This document shows, in pieces, positions 6,452 to 15,875 of a stretch of DNA of 39,214 nucleotides. The notes below the pieces were generated by a model. That model was not told the origin of the DNA. It did no database searches and worked only from the letters and a program-made list of their open reading frames with translations. The translations under genes and the position numbers were made by a program. The stretch lies in IMG/VR virus record IMGVR_UViG_3300045988_075215. One strand, 5' to 3'. This DNA is from a virus. How positions within the stretch are numbered: the stretch's first letter is position 1; each line of letters starts with the position of its first letter.

Positions 6452-7159
6452 TTATTCATTGTTTTCTGTCCGTGGCAGTTTGAATGGGAAGTATTCCCGG
6501 CCCATACGATATGGCAACCTCCTTTCTTCTTTCTCCTCCTTCAGGATCTCAGGATCCTCAAATGGGAAATACTGTCCGCCCAATCTGTACGGCAGCCGCC
6601 TCTTAGGTGTAATAACCGGCGGTTTATGGTATGGTGCAGGGCTCTTGAATGGATGATAAGCCCCGCCAAACCTGGAACCAAAGGCAAAAGGCAGCCGCAG
6701 TTTTGAAGGCTTCACCGGCTCCGGTATTCTCGGATCTTTCAAAGGGAAATACCGTCCTCCCAGTCTGAATGGGATTGCATGAGGCCTGGTGTATAAAAAC
6801 CGCATTTCCTCATACATCTTCAGGCAGGCTGATTCTATGCGGTTCAGATCCGCAAATCCTATGAATGCCCCATTGTCTGCATATTCTGTCTTTTCTCCTA
6901 TGTCACAGCCAACATATTTGTTGATGGCTTCCAGGTTCTCTGATAATACGTTGATTTCATCCGCATAGGGATATTCCTGATAGTTCCGATCCGGCATTGC
7001 TCTCACAAATACCGGCCAAAACTGATGGGCCACTGCTCCCAGGAACTCAATATTGTTCTTGATCCGGTTGTAGTCCGTGATGTTGAAATAATCTCCGGTA
7101 TACTTCCCGCTCTCATCTGTGGAGGCTGCCCAGTCTGTTTTTGGTGTGATCCACTCCAT
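6452..7159 (-). CDS. Tail fibre-associated structural protein with C-terminal Pro/aromatic repeats
   Basis: It has an N-terminal PKTDW…DYNRIKNNIEFL motif typical of Firmicute phage fibre proteins. Four copies of LP[YF]R[LM]GG.YFPF..P occupy aa 129-229. Confidence 0.55.
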   Translation of the reverse strand: MEWITPKTDWAASTDESGKYTGDYFNITDYNRIKNNIEFLGAVAHQFWPVFVRAMPDRNYQEYPYADEINVLSENLEAINKYVGCDIGEKTEYADNGAFIGFADLNRIESACLKMYEEMRFLYTRPHAIPFRLGGRYFPLKDPRIPEPVKPSKLRLPFAFGSRFGGAYHPFKSPAPYHKPPVITPKRRLPYRLGGQYFPFEDPEILKEEKEERRLPYRMGREYFPFKLPRTENNE

Positions 7160-9409
7160 TTATACCTTCCTCCTTGCCACCAGAGTGCCGCTGAGGCTTC
7201 CTGAGAACTTCAGGCTCACCTCTTCCAACCGGATCATCAAATCATCCACATACCGGCTTTCCAGGTATGCCAGATCATTGCAATCCAGGATTGGATCTCC
7301 TCTGTATTCCAAATCATACTGATTTCCGCCTTTATAATAGGCTCCAACCCACTCCACCAGGTTTGCAGCGTCCTCCGCCGAACTGATCAGAGGGTTGTTC
7401 CAGGTCTGAATGCTTCCGGTGTTATTTAACTTTGTCACCGCCTGAGCTGTGCTGATGCTGTATTCATATCCCCTCACCGTCAGCACAACCTTTGTGGCTG
7501 TCTTTGGTGGCTTTGTGATCCTAACCTTGCACCAATAGGAGCTGCTGTCTGTGACTTTCGCCCCAAAATCCTGCTCCACATCATCCACAACGCACACAAC
7601 ACTCAGATCATGAACCGCATTGCCAAAATCAATCTCAAATTCTTCCTCCACGCCTGCTGCCAGGATGATCTCATCTGCTGTGAGATCCTTCAGCTCGGTT
7701 CCTCTTGCGTATATTGTCCGGATCACTCTCAGTTCCTTCACCTTTTCCAACTTCGTGCCGTTTGGCGTGGCCGTCAGCTCATCATAGGTGATCTCATAAT
7801 CTGTCTGAGATCCAAATTCTATCCTCTTCAGGTGGATCCGGTTGTGCGGCTTTGCCTTCGTGAACTCTATTGTGATTTTGTCGGTATCAATAAAATCATA
7901 GAAAACTATGGTTTTCTCCGTTATGCTCTTGCTCAGGAAGCTCTTCAGTTTCTTTCCGTTGTTGTATGTTGTGATCACGAACTTCACCGGCTGAATGCTT
8001 CCAAAAAGCAGCGTCAGGTTGTGGAAGGTATATGCACTCTCCATGGTGAGTGTTATCACCGGATTTTCTTCAAATGTTCCATCCTCTCCGCTGATGGATG
8101 CGCTCACATATCCCACCTGAATGTAGTTGCCGCTTCGTGGCATGAAATACTGCTGCCCATCTACTCTGGCATAGTCTTTTTCAAATGCTGCATACTCTGA
8201 ATATGGTTCATCAGACAGCAAGCACTCCACATTGCCATACTCTGCCACCTGGTTGGCTGATACGCCCTTTTCTGGCTCAAATGATGATTTTATGAGGATC
8301 AGCCCATCTCTGTTCTGCATAACCACTGAGCGGCCTGCATTTGCTATGAGCTGAAGGCATTCCTTGTGTTTTACCATAGGGAGCGGATTGTATACCGTGA
8401 TATTCTTCAGGTATGGATCTACCCAATATTTATCCTCGTTCATCCCGGCATCTTCAAATACATCCACAGCCAAATCAAAAAGGGTGATGCCGTTTGGCCG
8501 GTACTCACCCCTCTTGTATTCATCCTGCATATATTCAAAAACATCCACGGCTCCAAATTTTGCCGTTTTATCATCAGCACTCCATTCCTGCATATACAGT
8601 GTGCCGCCCTTCACCCATTCGATCTCTCCATCATTCAGGGTGTATCCATAGTACACTTGCATCTCCTGGCCGGTTTCCATGTAGTTGATCGCACTGTCCT
8701 CATTGTCCACATTGTAGTATTTATCCATGTTTTCAATGGTCACTGTAAAATCTACACTCGGAAGGCTCTCTGAAATTGGTGAGAGAGTGCTTTTCAGCTC
8801 TGCACTCACTATCTTTTCATTGTCCAACACAATTCCTATGCCAAAAACTATGTTGTAGATCCTGAAGCGTCCTATGCCGTTCACCATCTCCGTTGGTGTT
8901 ATCCTCATAAAGGTGGTGTTGTTGAATGTATCCTCTGTTTTGAACTCCGGCCCAGTATTTTCATACTCATTCTTTTCCGTGTCTGTTTCTATTGTCAGTT
9001 TTACCGGGTACGCATCCCCAAATTGCAACGTGATCCCCTTTATGTCCAGAGGATCCGCTGTTTTGAACCGGATTAGAACCGCCGGGGAGCCGCCCTGGCC
9101 AAGCATGGCCTCTGTTACTATCCCGGCATTATACAGTTCCTTTCCGCTTCCCTGCCTCGGCAGGAAGTACATACTCCTATCCACCTTTGAAAAATCATTC
9201 TCAAATGTGGCATATACCTTTTTCACCGTTTCCTCACTCAGAGGCTTTACGGTATCCGAAAAATAGGTGAAACTGCCGTCCTGCACTTGTGCTGCCGTCT
9301 GTGCCGCCTGGTTTACTAAACCCAGGCTAATTCTCATATATGATTTATTTCTGGCCGCCTGCTTCATGGCCTCTTTGTATGCTGTACTCACATACTGCAT
9401 ATTCATCAC
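7160..9409 (-). CDS. Large tail-tip/baseplate structural protein (Tal-like)
   Basis: 749 aa, lying after the Dit-like gene and the tape measure gene. It has an internal duplicated module (YATFENDFSKVDRSMYFLPRQG… and YAAFEKDYARVDGQQYFMPRSG…). Confidence 0.55.
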   Translation of the reverse strand: MMNMQYVSTAYKEAMKQAARNKSYMRISLGLVNQAAQTAAQVQDGSFTYFSDTVKPLSEETVKKVYATFENDFSKVDRSMYFLPRQGSGKELYNAGIVTEAMLGQGGSPAVLIRFKTADPLDIKGITLQFGDAYPVKLTIETDTEKNEYENTGPEFKTEDTFNNTTFMRITPTEMVNGIGRFRIYNIVFGIGIVLDNEKIVSAELKSTLSPISESLPSVDFTVTIENMDKYYNVDNEDSAINYMETGQEMQVYYGYTLNDGEIEWVKGGTLYMQEWSADDKTAKFGAVDVFEYMQDEYKRGEYRPNGITLFDLAVDVFEDAGMNEDKYWVDPYLKNITVYNPLPMVKHKECLQLIANAGRSVVMQNRDGLILIKSSFEPEKGVSANQVAEYGNVECLLSDEPYSEYAAFEKDYARVDGQQYFMPRSGNYIQVGYVSASISGEDGTFEENPVITLTMESAYTFHNLTLLFGSIQPVKFVITTYNNGKKLKSFLSKSITEKTIVFYDFIDTDKITIEFTKAKPHNRIHLKRIEFGSQTDYEITYDELTATPNGTKLEKVKELRVIRTIYARGTELKDLTADEIILAAGVEEEFEIDFGNAVHDLSVVCVVDDVEQDFGAKVTDSSSYWCKVRITKPPKTATKVVLTVRGYEYSISTAQAVTKLNNTGSIQTWNNPLISSAEDAANLVEWVGAYYKGGNQYDLEYRGDPILDCNDLAYLESRYVDDLMIRLEEVSLKFSGSLSGTLVARRKV

Positions 9410-9781
9410 CTACATTTCTATGAAATTCATTGCAAAATCTTTATACACCGGTTTTCCATCTTCATAGGTGTAGATCGGTGTTGTTCGGTCTCCGGCGTAC
9501 ATCTCCAATGTTCCCGCCTCGTTCTGATCCGGAATGAAGAAAGTAACTGAAAGCCCAAACTTTTTCTTTATGGCTCTTCTGATCTCCATATAGGCATCCG
9601 GCCTGAGGATCTTCCACTTGCATTCAATTTTGTGAACATCCTCCCTGATAACCTGGGAGATCATTTTTCCGTTTGCGTTTCTCTCACTGTCTGATATGTC
9701 ATAATCTGAAATTTTCATCTCTGAAGGATCGGGGAGGGATACTCCGCCGACAATCAGAATATTATTGTATTTTGATGCCAT
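9410..9781 (-). CDS. Small tail component (distal tail protein-like position)
   Basis: 123 aa, immediately downstream of the tape measure gene. Assigned by synteny only. Confidence 0.4.
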   Translation of the reverse strand: MASKYNNILIVGGVSLPDPSEMKISDYDISDSERNANGKMISQVIREDVHKIECKWKILRPDAYMEIRRAIKKKFGLSVTFFIPDQNEAGTLEMYAGDRTTPIYTYEDGKPVYKDFAMNFIEM

Positions 9782-9796
9782 GTTTTTTCTCCCTCC

Positions 9797-12700
9797 TTAT
9801 GCGTTGGCCATCTGATAGCCTTTTCTCCTTCTGTATTTGTCCGTCTGTTCTACCAGTGTCTTGCTGTCAAGCTGCACAATGGTCTGAATGGTCTGGTACT
9901 CGCTTCCGCTGTCCATATCTCCAATGATTGCCCTCAGGTTCACTGAGATGATCTCTCCGATCCTTCCGGCTATCTTATCCATCCATCCGGTATTGTTTTC
10001 CAGTGGAACCACAGCCTCCTGCCCGGCTTCACCTACCATGGCCAGTGTGGCCTTGTCGATCACCCCGCCGGTTGCAAGTCTCGGTATTGAGATTTCTCCA
10101 ATGGTTGAGATGTTGAAGCCAAATGTTTCACCACCGATCTCCGGCACCCAGTCTGGTACATCAAAGCTCAGCCTATTCAAAGCTCTGATCATTCCATTCA
10201 GCCCTCTGATCGCACCGTTGGCCATCTTCTCCACTCCGCCTATGATGCTGTTGATCACACCTTTGATGGAGCTCCAAATTCCGTTGAAGATAGTCACAAC
10301 CGTGGTTTTCATGGTTCCCCACACATTTGCCCACACGGTTTTTATACCGTTCAGGGCAGTGCTGATCCCGCTTGATATGGTTCCCATGGTGGTTGTGATG
10401 GTGCTCTTGATACTTCCAAAAATCGTGCTAACAGTTGTTTTCACGCTTGTAAATATCGTACTGAATACCGTTTTGATTGTATTCAGAACTGTGCTGATGG
10501 TGGTGCTTATCGTGTTGATCGTGGTTGTGATCACCGACTTGATAGCATTCCAGATGGTTGTTACCGTGGTTTTGATGGCGTTCCAAATTGTCTCAAATAT
10601 CGTTTTGATTGTATTCAGAACTGTGCTGATCACTGTGGATACCGCACTGATGGCCGTGGATACTATGGTTTTCATAGCAGACCATATTGTGCTCAGTATC
10701 GTTTGCATGGCCTCCCAAATGGATGAGAAGAAGGTTTTTATACCCTCCCATGCTCTATCCCAGTCACCGGTGAAAACTCCGGCTATGAAGTCAATGAGGC
10801 CTCCCAGGGCATCAAAGATGTTGCCTACTACATCAGCAACTACCCCTGCCACCTTCAGGAATACATTTCCAACTATTTCAAGTTTTGCAGCGATCACCGG
10901 AGCAATGTTGGTGATAAACCACTCTATGAATGGCTGTAGCGTCTGCTCCCATATATCTTTCACCGCATCAGCAATTTTGCCTATGAGCTCCAATCCTTTA
11001 TTGATTGCAGGCTGTATATGCTCATCTATGAGCGGCCCAACCTTTTCCTGAAGCCCCTTCAGCACCGGCAGAATGTGTGTGTTGTATGCGTCAAGGCATA
11101 CAGAGGCAATGGAGCTGAAGCCGCTTGCCAATGAGTTGAACATTGGAGCAACATGCTGATCATATACCTCATTCGCTTTTGTGAATGTATCATCCACCAC
11201 TTTCTTGATATTTCCCAGTGCGTCTGCCGCCACTCCCAGGAGCTCATCAAGAGTGCTTTTGAAGCCTTCCTGATTTTCTATAAAAGGCCTCGTTATCATA
11301 TCCAGAACATCCCGGCTGATCTTTCCGGCCAGTTCGTTTATGCCCATCTGTGCATCTGCAAAAATGCCTATCAGATTGGCGGTTGCCTGCTGTGCGTTCT
11401 CTCCTCCAAATGCGGAGAAGATATTTGCTGCTGCCTGAGCAAAATTTCCCTGAATCGTCACGATCTCGGAGCCTATATCAAACATAGACACCAGATGCTT
11501 CTTGATCCTCTCTTTGTTCTGATCCAGGTATTTGTTGATTCCGCCCAGGATATTGGTTGCAATCGTTATTCCAACGCTTGCCATGGCTCCTGCCTGCTGC
11601 CCCAGTGAATATGCCAGGGAATTTGCAAAGCCGTTTGCCGCCGCAACCACTTCCGGTGCCGTGAATATTTCCCTGATGCTCTTCTTTATGCCGTCCACAG
11701 CCTTTGTGATGCCGCTCAGGTCTACATCTCCAAGCCCTGCCTTGAATCCATCCTTGAAAAGCTGCTGCAATTCCTTCAGCCTCTCTATGAGTTTTTCCAG
11801 TGCCGGGTTCAGGGTTTCATCTGTTTCATTTGCAGCGTCAACTATGTTCTCACTCAGGCCGCCTCCCGCTGCTCCGCCGCCTGATCCGGATCCGCCGCTT
11901 CCTGAATCATCATTCTTTGTCAGAGAATGAATCTCATCAAATGATGCCAGGCCTGCATATTCTTTTGCCGCCTTTTTGGCTGAAGATCCCGCTTTATTCG
12001 TTGCACCGCCCAGGTTCTCCATGGAACCGGTTGCTGTGTCCGCAGCTCCCCCAATTCCTTCCACCGCCGTGGTGGTTGTCTTTGTGTTCTTTCCGGTAAT
12101 TTTCGCAATCATGTTGCTGAATGCGTCTGTTACCGTTAGGATCTTACTCAGTAGTGCATTGAGCACTCTGATCACCGGTGTGAATACTACAATGAGCCCC
12201 TTGCCAATCGTGGCCTTCAGAGCGTTGAATCTCTCTGTGAGCACTCTCACCTGGTTGGCCCATCCGTCTGATGTTCTCGCAAAATCTCCCTGAGCATCCG
12301 CTGTCACAGACATAAGATAGTTATATCTGAGCATGGCCTGCTCCTGCTGTGTCATGGAGTTGTAGGCTTTTGTGATGCCCTGGCTTAAAGCGTAAGCCTC
12401 CAAATTGGCCACGCTCATGTTTATACCTAACTGTTTCAGCGGCTCTGTTTCTCCTGAGATACCTGAGCGGATTTTCTCAAATGCCACATCTGTATCCAGG
12501 TTATAGAAGGAAGCCATATCTGCTGCCAGTCCAGTCATTTGCATGGACATTTCAGCCGCCGCCTGGGTTGTGAAGCCCATTGATTTCAGCATGGCCCCCA
12601 ATGTTGATGAGTATTTTTTAGCACTTGTTTCTGAGAGGCCGAACTCTTCAAGCGCATCCCTGGCAAAACGGTTTATCGTCTCCGACATTGCCCCAAATGT

Positions 12701-12955
12701 TACATCCACCACATTCTGAACTTCGGCCAGGTCAGAGCCTAATTCAATACAGCTCTTTCCAAATCGAATGATCGCAGCGGCGGACAGTGCAATACTTATT
12801 GCCTTTCCTATTTTGCCAAATGCGCTCTTTATTTTGTCGGTCTGCCTCTCCACTGCACTTGTGGCTGATTTCGTCTGCTGCTGCACCTTTTTCAGCTCTT
12901 CATAGTAGGCTTTAGTCTGTGCCTCTATGATCACTTGCAGTTTTTCCAAGGTCAT
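9797..12955 (-). CDS. Tail tape measure protein
   Basis: About 1050 aa with helical repeats and a Gly-rich linker (GSGGSGSGGGAAGGG). It has a T/I/S-rich tandem repeat region. It follows the chaperone pair, and the probable start is MTLEKLQ (M26 of the ORF). Confidence 0.9.
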   Translation of the reverse strand: MTLEKLQVIIEAQTKAYYEELKKVQQQTKSATSAVERQTDKIKSAFGKIGKAISIALSAAAIIRFGKSCIELGSDLAEVQNVVDVTFGAMSETINRFARDALEEFGLSETSAKKYSSTLGAMLKSMGFTTQAAAEMSMQMTGLAADMASFYNLDTDVAFEKIRSGISGETEPLKQLGINMSVANLEAYALSQGITKAYNSMTQQEQAMLRYNYLMSVTADAQGDFARTSDGWANQVRVLTERFNALKATIGKGLIVVFTPVIRVLNALLSKILTVTDAFSNMIAKITGKNTKTTTTAVEGIGGAADTATGSMENLGGATNKAGSSAKKAAKEYAGLASFDEIHSLTKNDDSGSGGSGSGGGAAGGGLSENIVDAANETDETLNPALEKLIERLKELQQLFKDGFKAGLGDVDLSGITKAVDGIKKSIREIFTAPEVVAAANGFANSLAYSLGQQAGAMASVGITIATNILGGINKYLDQNKERIKKHLVSMFDIGSEIVTIQGNFAQAAANIFSAFGGENAQQATANLIGIFADAQMGINELAGKISRDVLDMITRPFIENQEGFKSTLDELLGVAADALGNIKKVVDDTFTKANEVYDQHVAPMFNSLASGFSSIASVCLDAYNTHILPVLKGLQEKVGPLIDEHIQPAINKGLELIGKIADAVKDIWEQTLQPFIEWFITNIAPVIAAKLEIVGNVFLKVAGVVADVVGNIFDALGGLIDFIAGVFTGDWDRAWEGIKTFFSSIWEAMQTILSTIWSAMKTIVSTAISAVSTVISTVLNTIKTIFETIWNAIKTTVTTIWNAIKSVITTTINTISTTISTVLNTIKTVFSTIFTSVKTTVSTIFGSIKSTITTTMGTISSGISTALNGIKTVWANVWGTMKTTVVTIFNGIWSSIKGVINSIIGGVEKMANGAIRGLNGMIRALNRLSFDVPDWVPEIGGETFGFNISTIGEISIPRLATGGVIDKATLAMVGEAGQEAVVPLENNTGWMDKIAGRIGEIISVNLRAIIGDMDSGSEYQTIQTIVQLDSKTLVEQTDKYRRRKGYQMANA

Positions 12956-13493
12956 TCCTTCCACTGCTTTCACCTCGCTCTTTGGCCATCCGTTCCCGGA
13001 ATGCCAAGTTGTGCCGGAAAATGTAATCATCCATTCTTGCCTTGTGGAGTTCCATTTCCGGGCTCAGCGTGGGCTTATCCCTACTCTCCTGCTCGGTGAA
13101 ATTTGTTTCCGCTGCCTCCTCTGTTTCCTTGTTACTGTATAATTCCGGGTAATACGCCGCAGGCATGATGAGTTGCGTTTCTTTGTTCATCAGTCTGCCA
13201 AGCACATTGCCCATCTGAAGTGCCTGGTTGAATAGGAGCATGATCTCATCCTTCAGCTCTGCCTCTCTGGCTTTCTGCTCATGTTCTTTCCTTCTGGCAT
13301 AGCTTTCAATAACATCATTTACCTCTCCCAGGCTCAGATCCCAAAAAAGTTGAGGGCTGTATCCGGCATCCAAAAATACCGGGTACAACCCCCATAATAG
13401 ATCTGTTACTGTTTCAGGTTCTTCTACAGAGCTTCCTCCTTCGCCTCCTGAAGAGCTCCGCTCATCTGGTTGCTGAGGTTTACGGAGAAAAAA
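12912..13493 (-). CDS. -1 frame extension of the tail assembly chaperone (gpT-like part of the G-T fusion)
   Basis: The -1 frame is open from the slippery site at 13493 to the stop at 12912. It has no good independent RBS or ATG (the track starts it at TTG 13388). Confidence 0.6.
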   Translation of the reverse strand, partial: FFLRKPQQPDERSSSGGEGGSSVEEPETVTDLLWGLYPVFLDAGYSPQLFWDLSLGEVNDVIESYARRKEHEQKAREAELKDEIMLLFNQALQMGNVLGRLMNKETQLIMPAAYYPELYSNKETEEAAETNFTEQESRDKPTLSPEMELHKARMDDYIFRHNLAFRERMAKERGESSGRNDLGKTASDHRGTD

Positions 13494-13921
13494 CCGCTCA
13501 CCGTGAAGATCTCCATGTATACCGTCATATAGAACGATAACTGAGAACCGCCTTCCTCAATGTATTTCTCAAAAAGGCTCTGCACTTCCTGCTTGGTGAT
13601 TCCATGCTGCCAGTCTTTCATTGCAGCGTGAGCCACATCCAACATCACAGAGAGAGCAGGCATCCCGCCCTGGCCGGATCCCATAATGTTCATCAGGTTG
13701 GTTTTATACTTGCTTTCCAGTTCCACAATGGCCGGTGTTTTCAACTTCAGCTTGTACTTTTTCCCGCCTACTTCCCACAGTGCAAAGGGTTTTCTCTTCG
13801 GAGATACCTCTGCCGTGGCCTCCTCTTTCTGTTCTTCCTGCTGCTCCATCTTTTCCTCTGTGTTTGCCGCTTCTACCGCTGCCTCCATGGCTGCATCTTT
13901 GCTGTTGTTAAAGAATCCCAT
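13424..13921 (-). CDS. Tail assembly chaperone (gpG-like)
   Basis: 165 aa, between the major tail gene and the tape measure gene. It has an acidic N-terminus and a FALWEVGGKKYKLKLKTPAIVELE motif typical of such chaperones. Confidence 0.7.
   Translation of the reverse strand: MGFFNNSKDAAMEAAVEAANTEEKMEQQEEQKEEATAEVSPKRKPFALWEVGGKKYKLKLKTPAIVELESKYKTNLMNIMGSGQGGMPALSVMLDVAHAAMKDWQHGITKQEVQSLFEKYIEEGGSQLSFYMTVYMEIFTVSGFFSVNLSNQMSGALQEAKEEAL
13487..13493 (-). promoter_or_regulatory. -1 programmed ribosomal frameshift slippery heptamer T_TTT_TTC
   Basis: In the G frame the sequence reads GGT TTT TTC (G F F). The -1 frame then continues LRKPQQPDER… without a stop into ORF 12912..13388. Confidence 0.6.
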
Positions 13922-13953
13922 TCTCTTATCCTCCTATTTTTTTATGTTCTCGT

Positions 13954-14367
13954 TTATACCGGATCCGTGGTTGTGATCTCACTCTGAAGAGCCATGTTCA
14001 GATCAAACTCCATAACTCCGTTTACTCCGCCGCCAGATCTCTTTACAGATACCTGGGCATCATACTCATACTTTGTATTGTCCGGGAGCGTCTCGCAGAA
14101 AGAGAGCACTTCCTTTGTGGCTGCTGCCTTTCTCATCACTCTGTATGGAGAGGTTTCGGAGGTGTTCTCATACTTAAATTTGTATGTGAGATCTCCTGCA
14201 TCTCCAATTCCATACTCATACTGCTTGACCTTATCTGCCAGGCCGCTGTTCTCTACCTTTTCAGGATCCTCTCCAAGCTCAGGGATCTCCTTCAGTCCGG
14301 TGAGGTCTGTGTAATCTCCACTTGCGCCCTTTTTCTTATAGCCAAGTTTTGCACCATTCGCTAACAT
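13954..14367 (-). CDS. Major tail protein
   Basis: 137 aa with GLKEIPELGEDPEKVENSGLADK…GIGDAGDLTYKFKY, the characteristic TP901-1/phi13-type major tail signature. Confidence 0.8.
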   Translation of the reverse strand: MLANGAKLGYKKKGASGDYTDLTGLKEIPELGEDPEKVENSGLADKVKQYEYGIGDAGDLTYKFKYENTSETSPYRVMRKAAATKEVLSFCETLPDNTKYEYDAQVSVKRSGGGVNGVMEFDLNMALQSEITTTDPV

Positions 14368-14386
14368 CTACTTTTTTCCTCCTTTT

Positions 14387-14743
14387 TTAGTTGTTGTAAA
14401 CCATCTCAGTATCCACATCAATGATGCCCTCATATCGCATCACCTTATGCTTCAGTCCGGAAGGATCCGCTACATCACCGCAGGCAATTCTCCTGAGGCC
14501 AAGTTTTGAGATCTCTGCGTCCACCTTCAGCGTGGTTTCTGAAGTGCTTCCATTGTTCCAAATATCCACTTTATAGAGCAGATGGGCCTTGCTTTCTTTT
14601 CCATCTACCCACTCAGCCACGGAATTATCTTCCTCCGTGTACTGTATTGCAGGGAGGATGCCCCAATCCTTTGGGTATCCGTCACTCACATTCTCTGTGA
14701 TCCCCTTAATTGCGTCATATACCTGATCTTTTACATTGATCAT
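14387..14743 (-). CDS. Tail terminator/head-tail joining protein
   Basis: 118 aa. Assigned by its position between the HK97 gp10-like gene and the major tail gene. Confidence 0.45.
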   Translation of the reverse strand: MINVKDQVYDAIKGITENVSDGYPKDWGILPAIQYTEEDNSVAEWVDGKESKAHLLYKVDIWNNGSTSETTLKVDAEISKLGLRRIACGDVADPSGLKHKVMRYEGIIDVDTEMVYNN

Positions 14744-15246
14744 GAGCTTCCACCTACTTTCTTGATTTCTGCTTGCAGATCCGCTGCAATACCGCTCACA
14801 ACCCTGCCCTCCATTGATTTTAGGGCCGGATACATGAATGGCTGAGCCTGCTGCCCTTGTGTTGCATGGAATCCGCCATCTTCATCCCGCCATACCCATC
14901 CATCCTGCCGGTATGCCACCGGGATGGCCGGTGATATTCCTGCATGGTTCGCTTGCCCTACCGGGCCAGTTCCAAATTCCACATAGGCTGCATATTCTTT
15001 GTTCGTATATACACACCCCACTGTTTTCTCTGCATCCTGCTCTACCTTCGTGTGAATGCTGCCCCTCAGCTCTCCTGGTGATGTTCCAGGAATGGGTTCT
15101 CCTCTCGGTGAGTACACCGGGCACAACTTAACGGCCACGCCCCGCACAACCTCCGCCTGCTTCCTCACGGCACTTTTCACAACCGGTTCCATGGTGCCAA
15201 GCTCATTGAATTTTCTCATCAGGCTTTCCACACCGTTTACTGCCAT
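14740..15246 (-). CDS. HK97 gp10-family head-tail joining protein
   Basis: Motifs PGELRGSIHTKV…YAAYVEFGTGP are typical of the gp10 family. Confidence 0.7.
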   Translation of the reverse strand: MAVNGVESLMRKFNELGTMEPVVKSAVRKQAEVVRGVAVKLCPVYSPRGEPIPGTSPGELRGSIHTKVEQDAEKTVGCVYTNKEYAAYVEFGTGPVGQANHAGISPAIPVAYRQDGWVWRDEDGGFHATQGQQAQPFMYPALKSMEGRVVSGIAADLQAEIKKVGGSS

Positions 15247-15247
15247 T

Positions 15248-15571
15248 TCAAATCTTCTCCAATTCCATCAACTTTGGGCTGTATTCAGGTTTGATTGAGA
15301 TAATCTTATAGTCCGGCGTACTTTCCGGCCCCACAAATACACAAATGCCATCACCTTCCTGCATGGTCTCATTGCCCTCATACTCCATGTTTTTGATGTA
15401 TGTGAGCCTTTCTCCGTACATTTCAGCCTGCACTCTTCCGCTTGCGGGCCAGATCGTTGCCTTGATCTCCACTGCCTCTGCATATTCTGTTATGCTTCCG
15501 CCTTCTTTGTCCTTCTTAGGAACCCTCTTTCTCAGATGGTATTTCTTCATCAGGCTTCTTCTCATACGCAT
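15248..15571 (-). CDS. Head-tail adaptor/head closure protein
   Basis: 107 aa with a SPP1 gp16-like pattern (ATIWPASGRVQAEMYGERL). The start may be an internal ATG. Confidence 0.6.
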   Translation of the reverse strand: MRMRRSLMKKYHLRKRVPKKDKEGGSITEYAEAVEIKATIWPASGRVQAEMYGERLTYIKNMEYEGNETMQEGDGICVFVGPESTPDYKIISIKPEYSPKLMELEKI

Positions 15572-15860
15572 GGCCTCTCACCCTCCCCAGTCTATAGTTC
15601 TTGATTGCCTGGCTAATATCTTCAGGAATATCCGCAAAAGCTGAAGAAATTCCTCCCTCACTCCTGCTTGTTTCTCCCTCGGTTCCCAGGCGGTTGTATG
15701 CTACTACAGCCCAGTCACGCACCGCAGGCCGCAGTGGGTAGATCATCCTGGTTCTATTTGCCAGTGCCAGGGTTTTCTCTTCCGACATCTGAAGCAGGAG
15801 AGTGAGCAGTTCCTCATCATCTTCTCCTGTCAGCTTCTTCAGCATTTCCAGATCTGTCAC
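15516..15860 (-). CDS. gp6-like head-tail connector protein
   Basis: The N-terminus LEMLKKLTGEDDEELLTLLLQMSEE is typical of this family, and the gene follows the capsid genes. Confidence 0.6.
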   Translation of the reverse strand: MTDLEMLKKLTGEDDEELLTLLLQMSEEKTLALANRTRMIYPLRPAVRDWAVVAYNRLGTEGETSRSEGGISSAFADIPEDISQAIKNYRLGRVRGHAYEKKPDEEIPSEKEGS

Positions 15861-15875
15861 TATATCACCTCCGGC

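Noticed and set aside
10230-10760. Regularly spaced repeats that might suggest a CRISPR array
   Set aside because: The repeats lie inside a long ORF, are in-frame protein repeats of the tape measure and have no unique spacers. I saw no CRISPR array anywhere in the window.
9888-11051. 387-aa plus-strand ORF antisense to the tape measure gene
   Set aside because: It is a hydrophobic, low-complexity mirror of the T/I/S-rich tape measure repeats. The minus-strand ORF has clear tape measure character and synteny.
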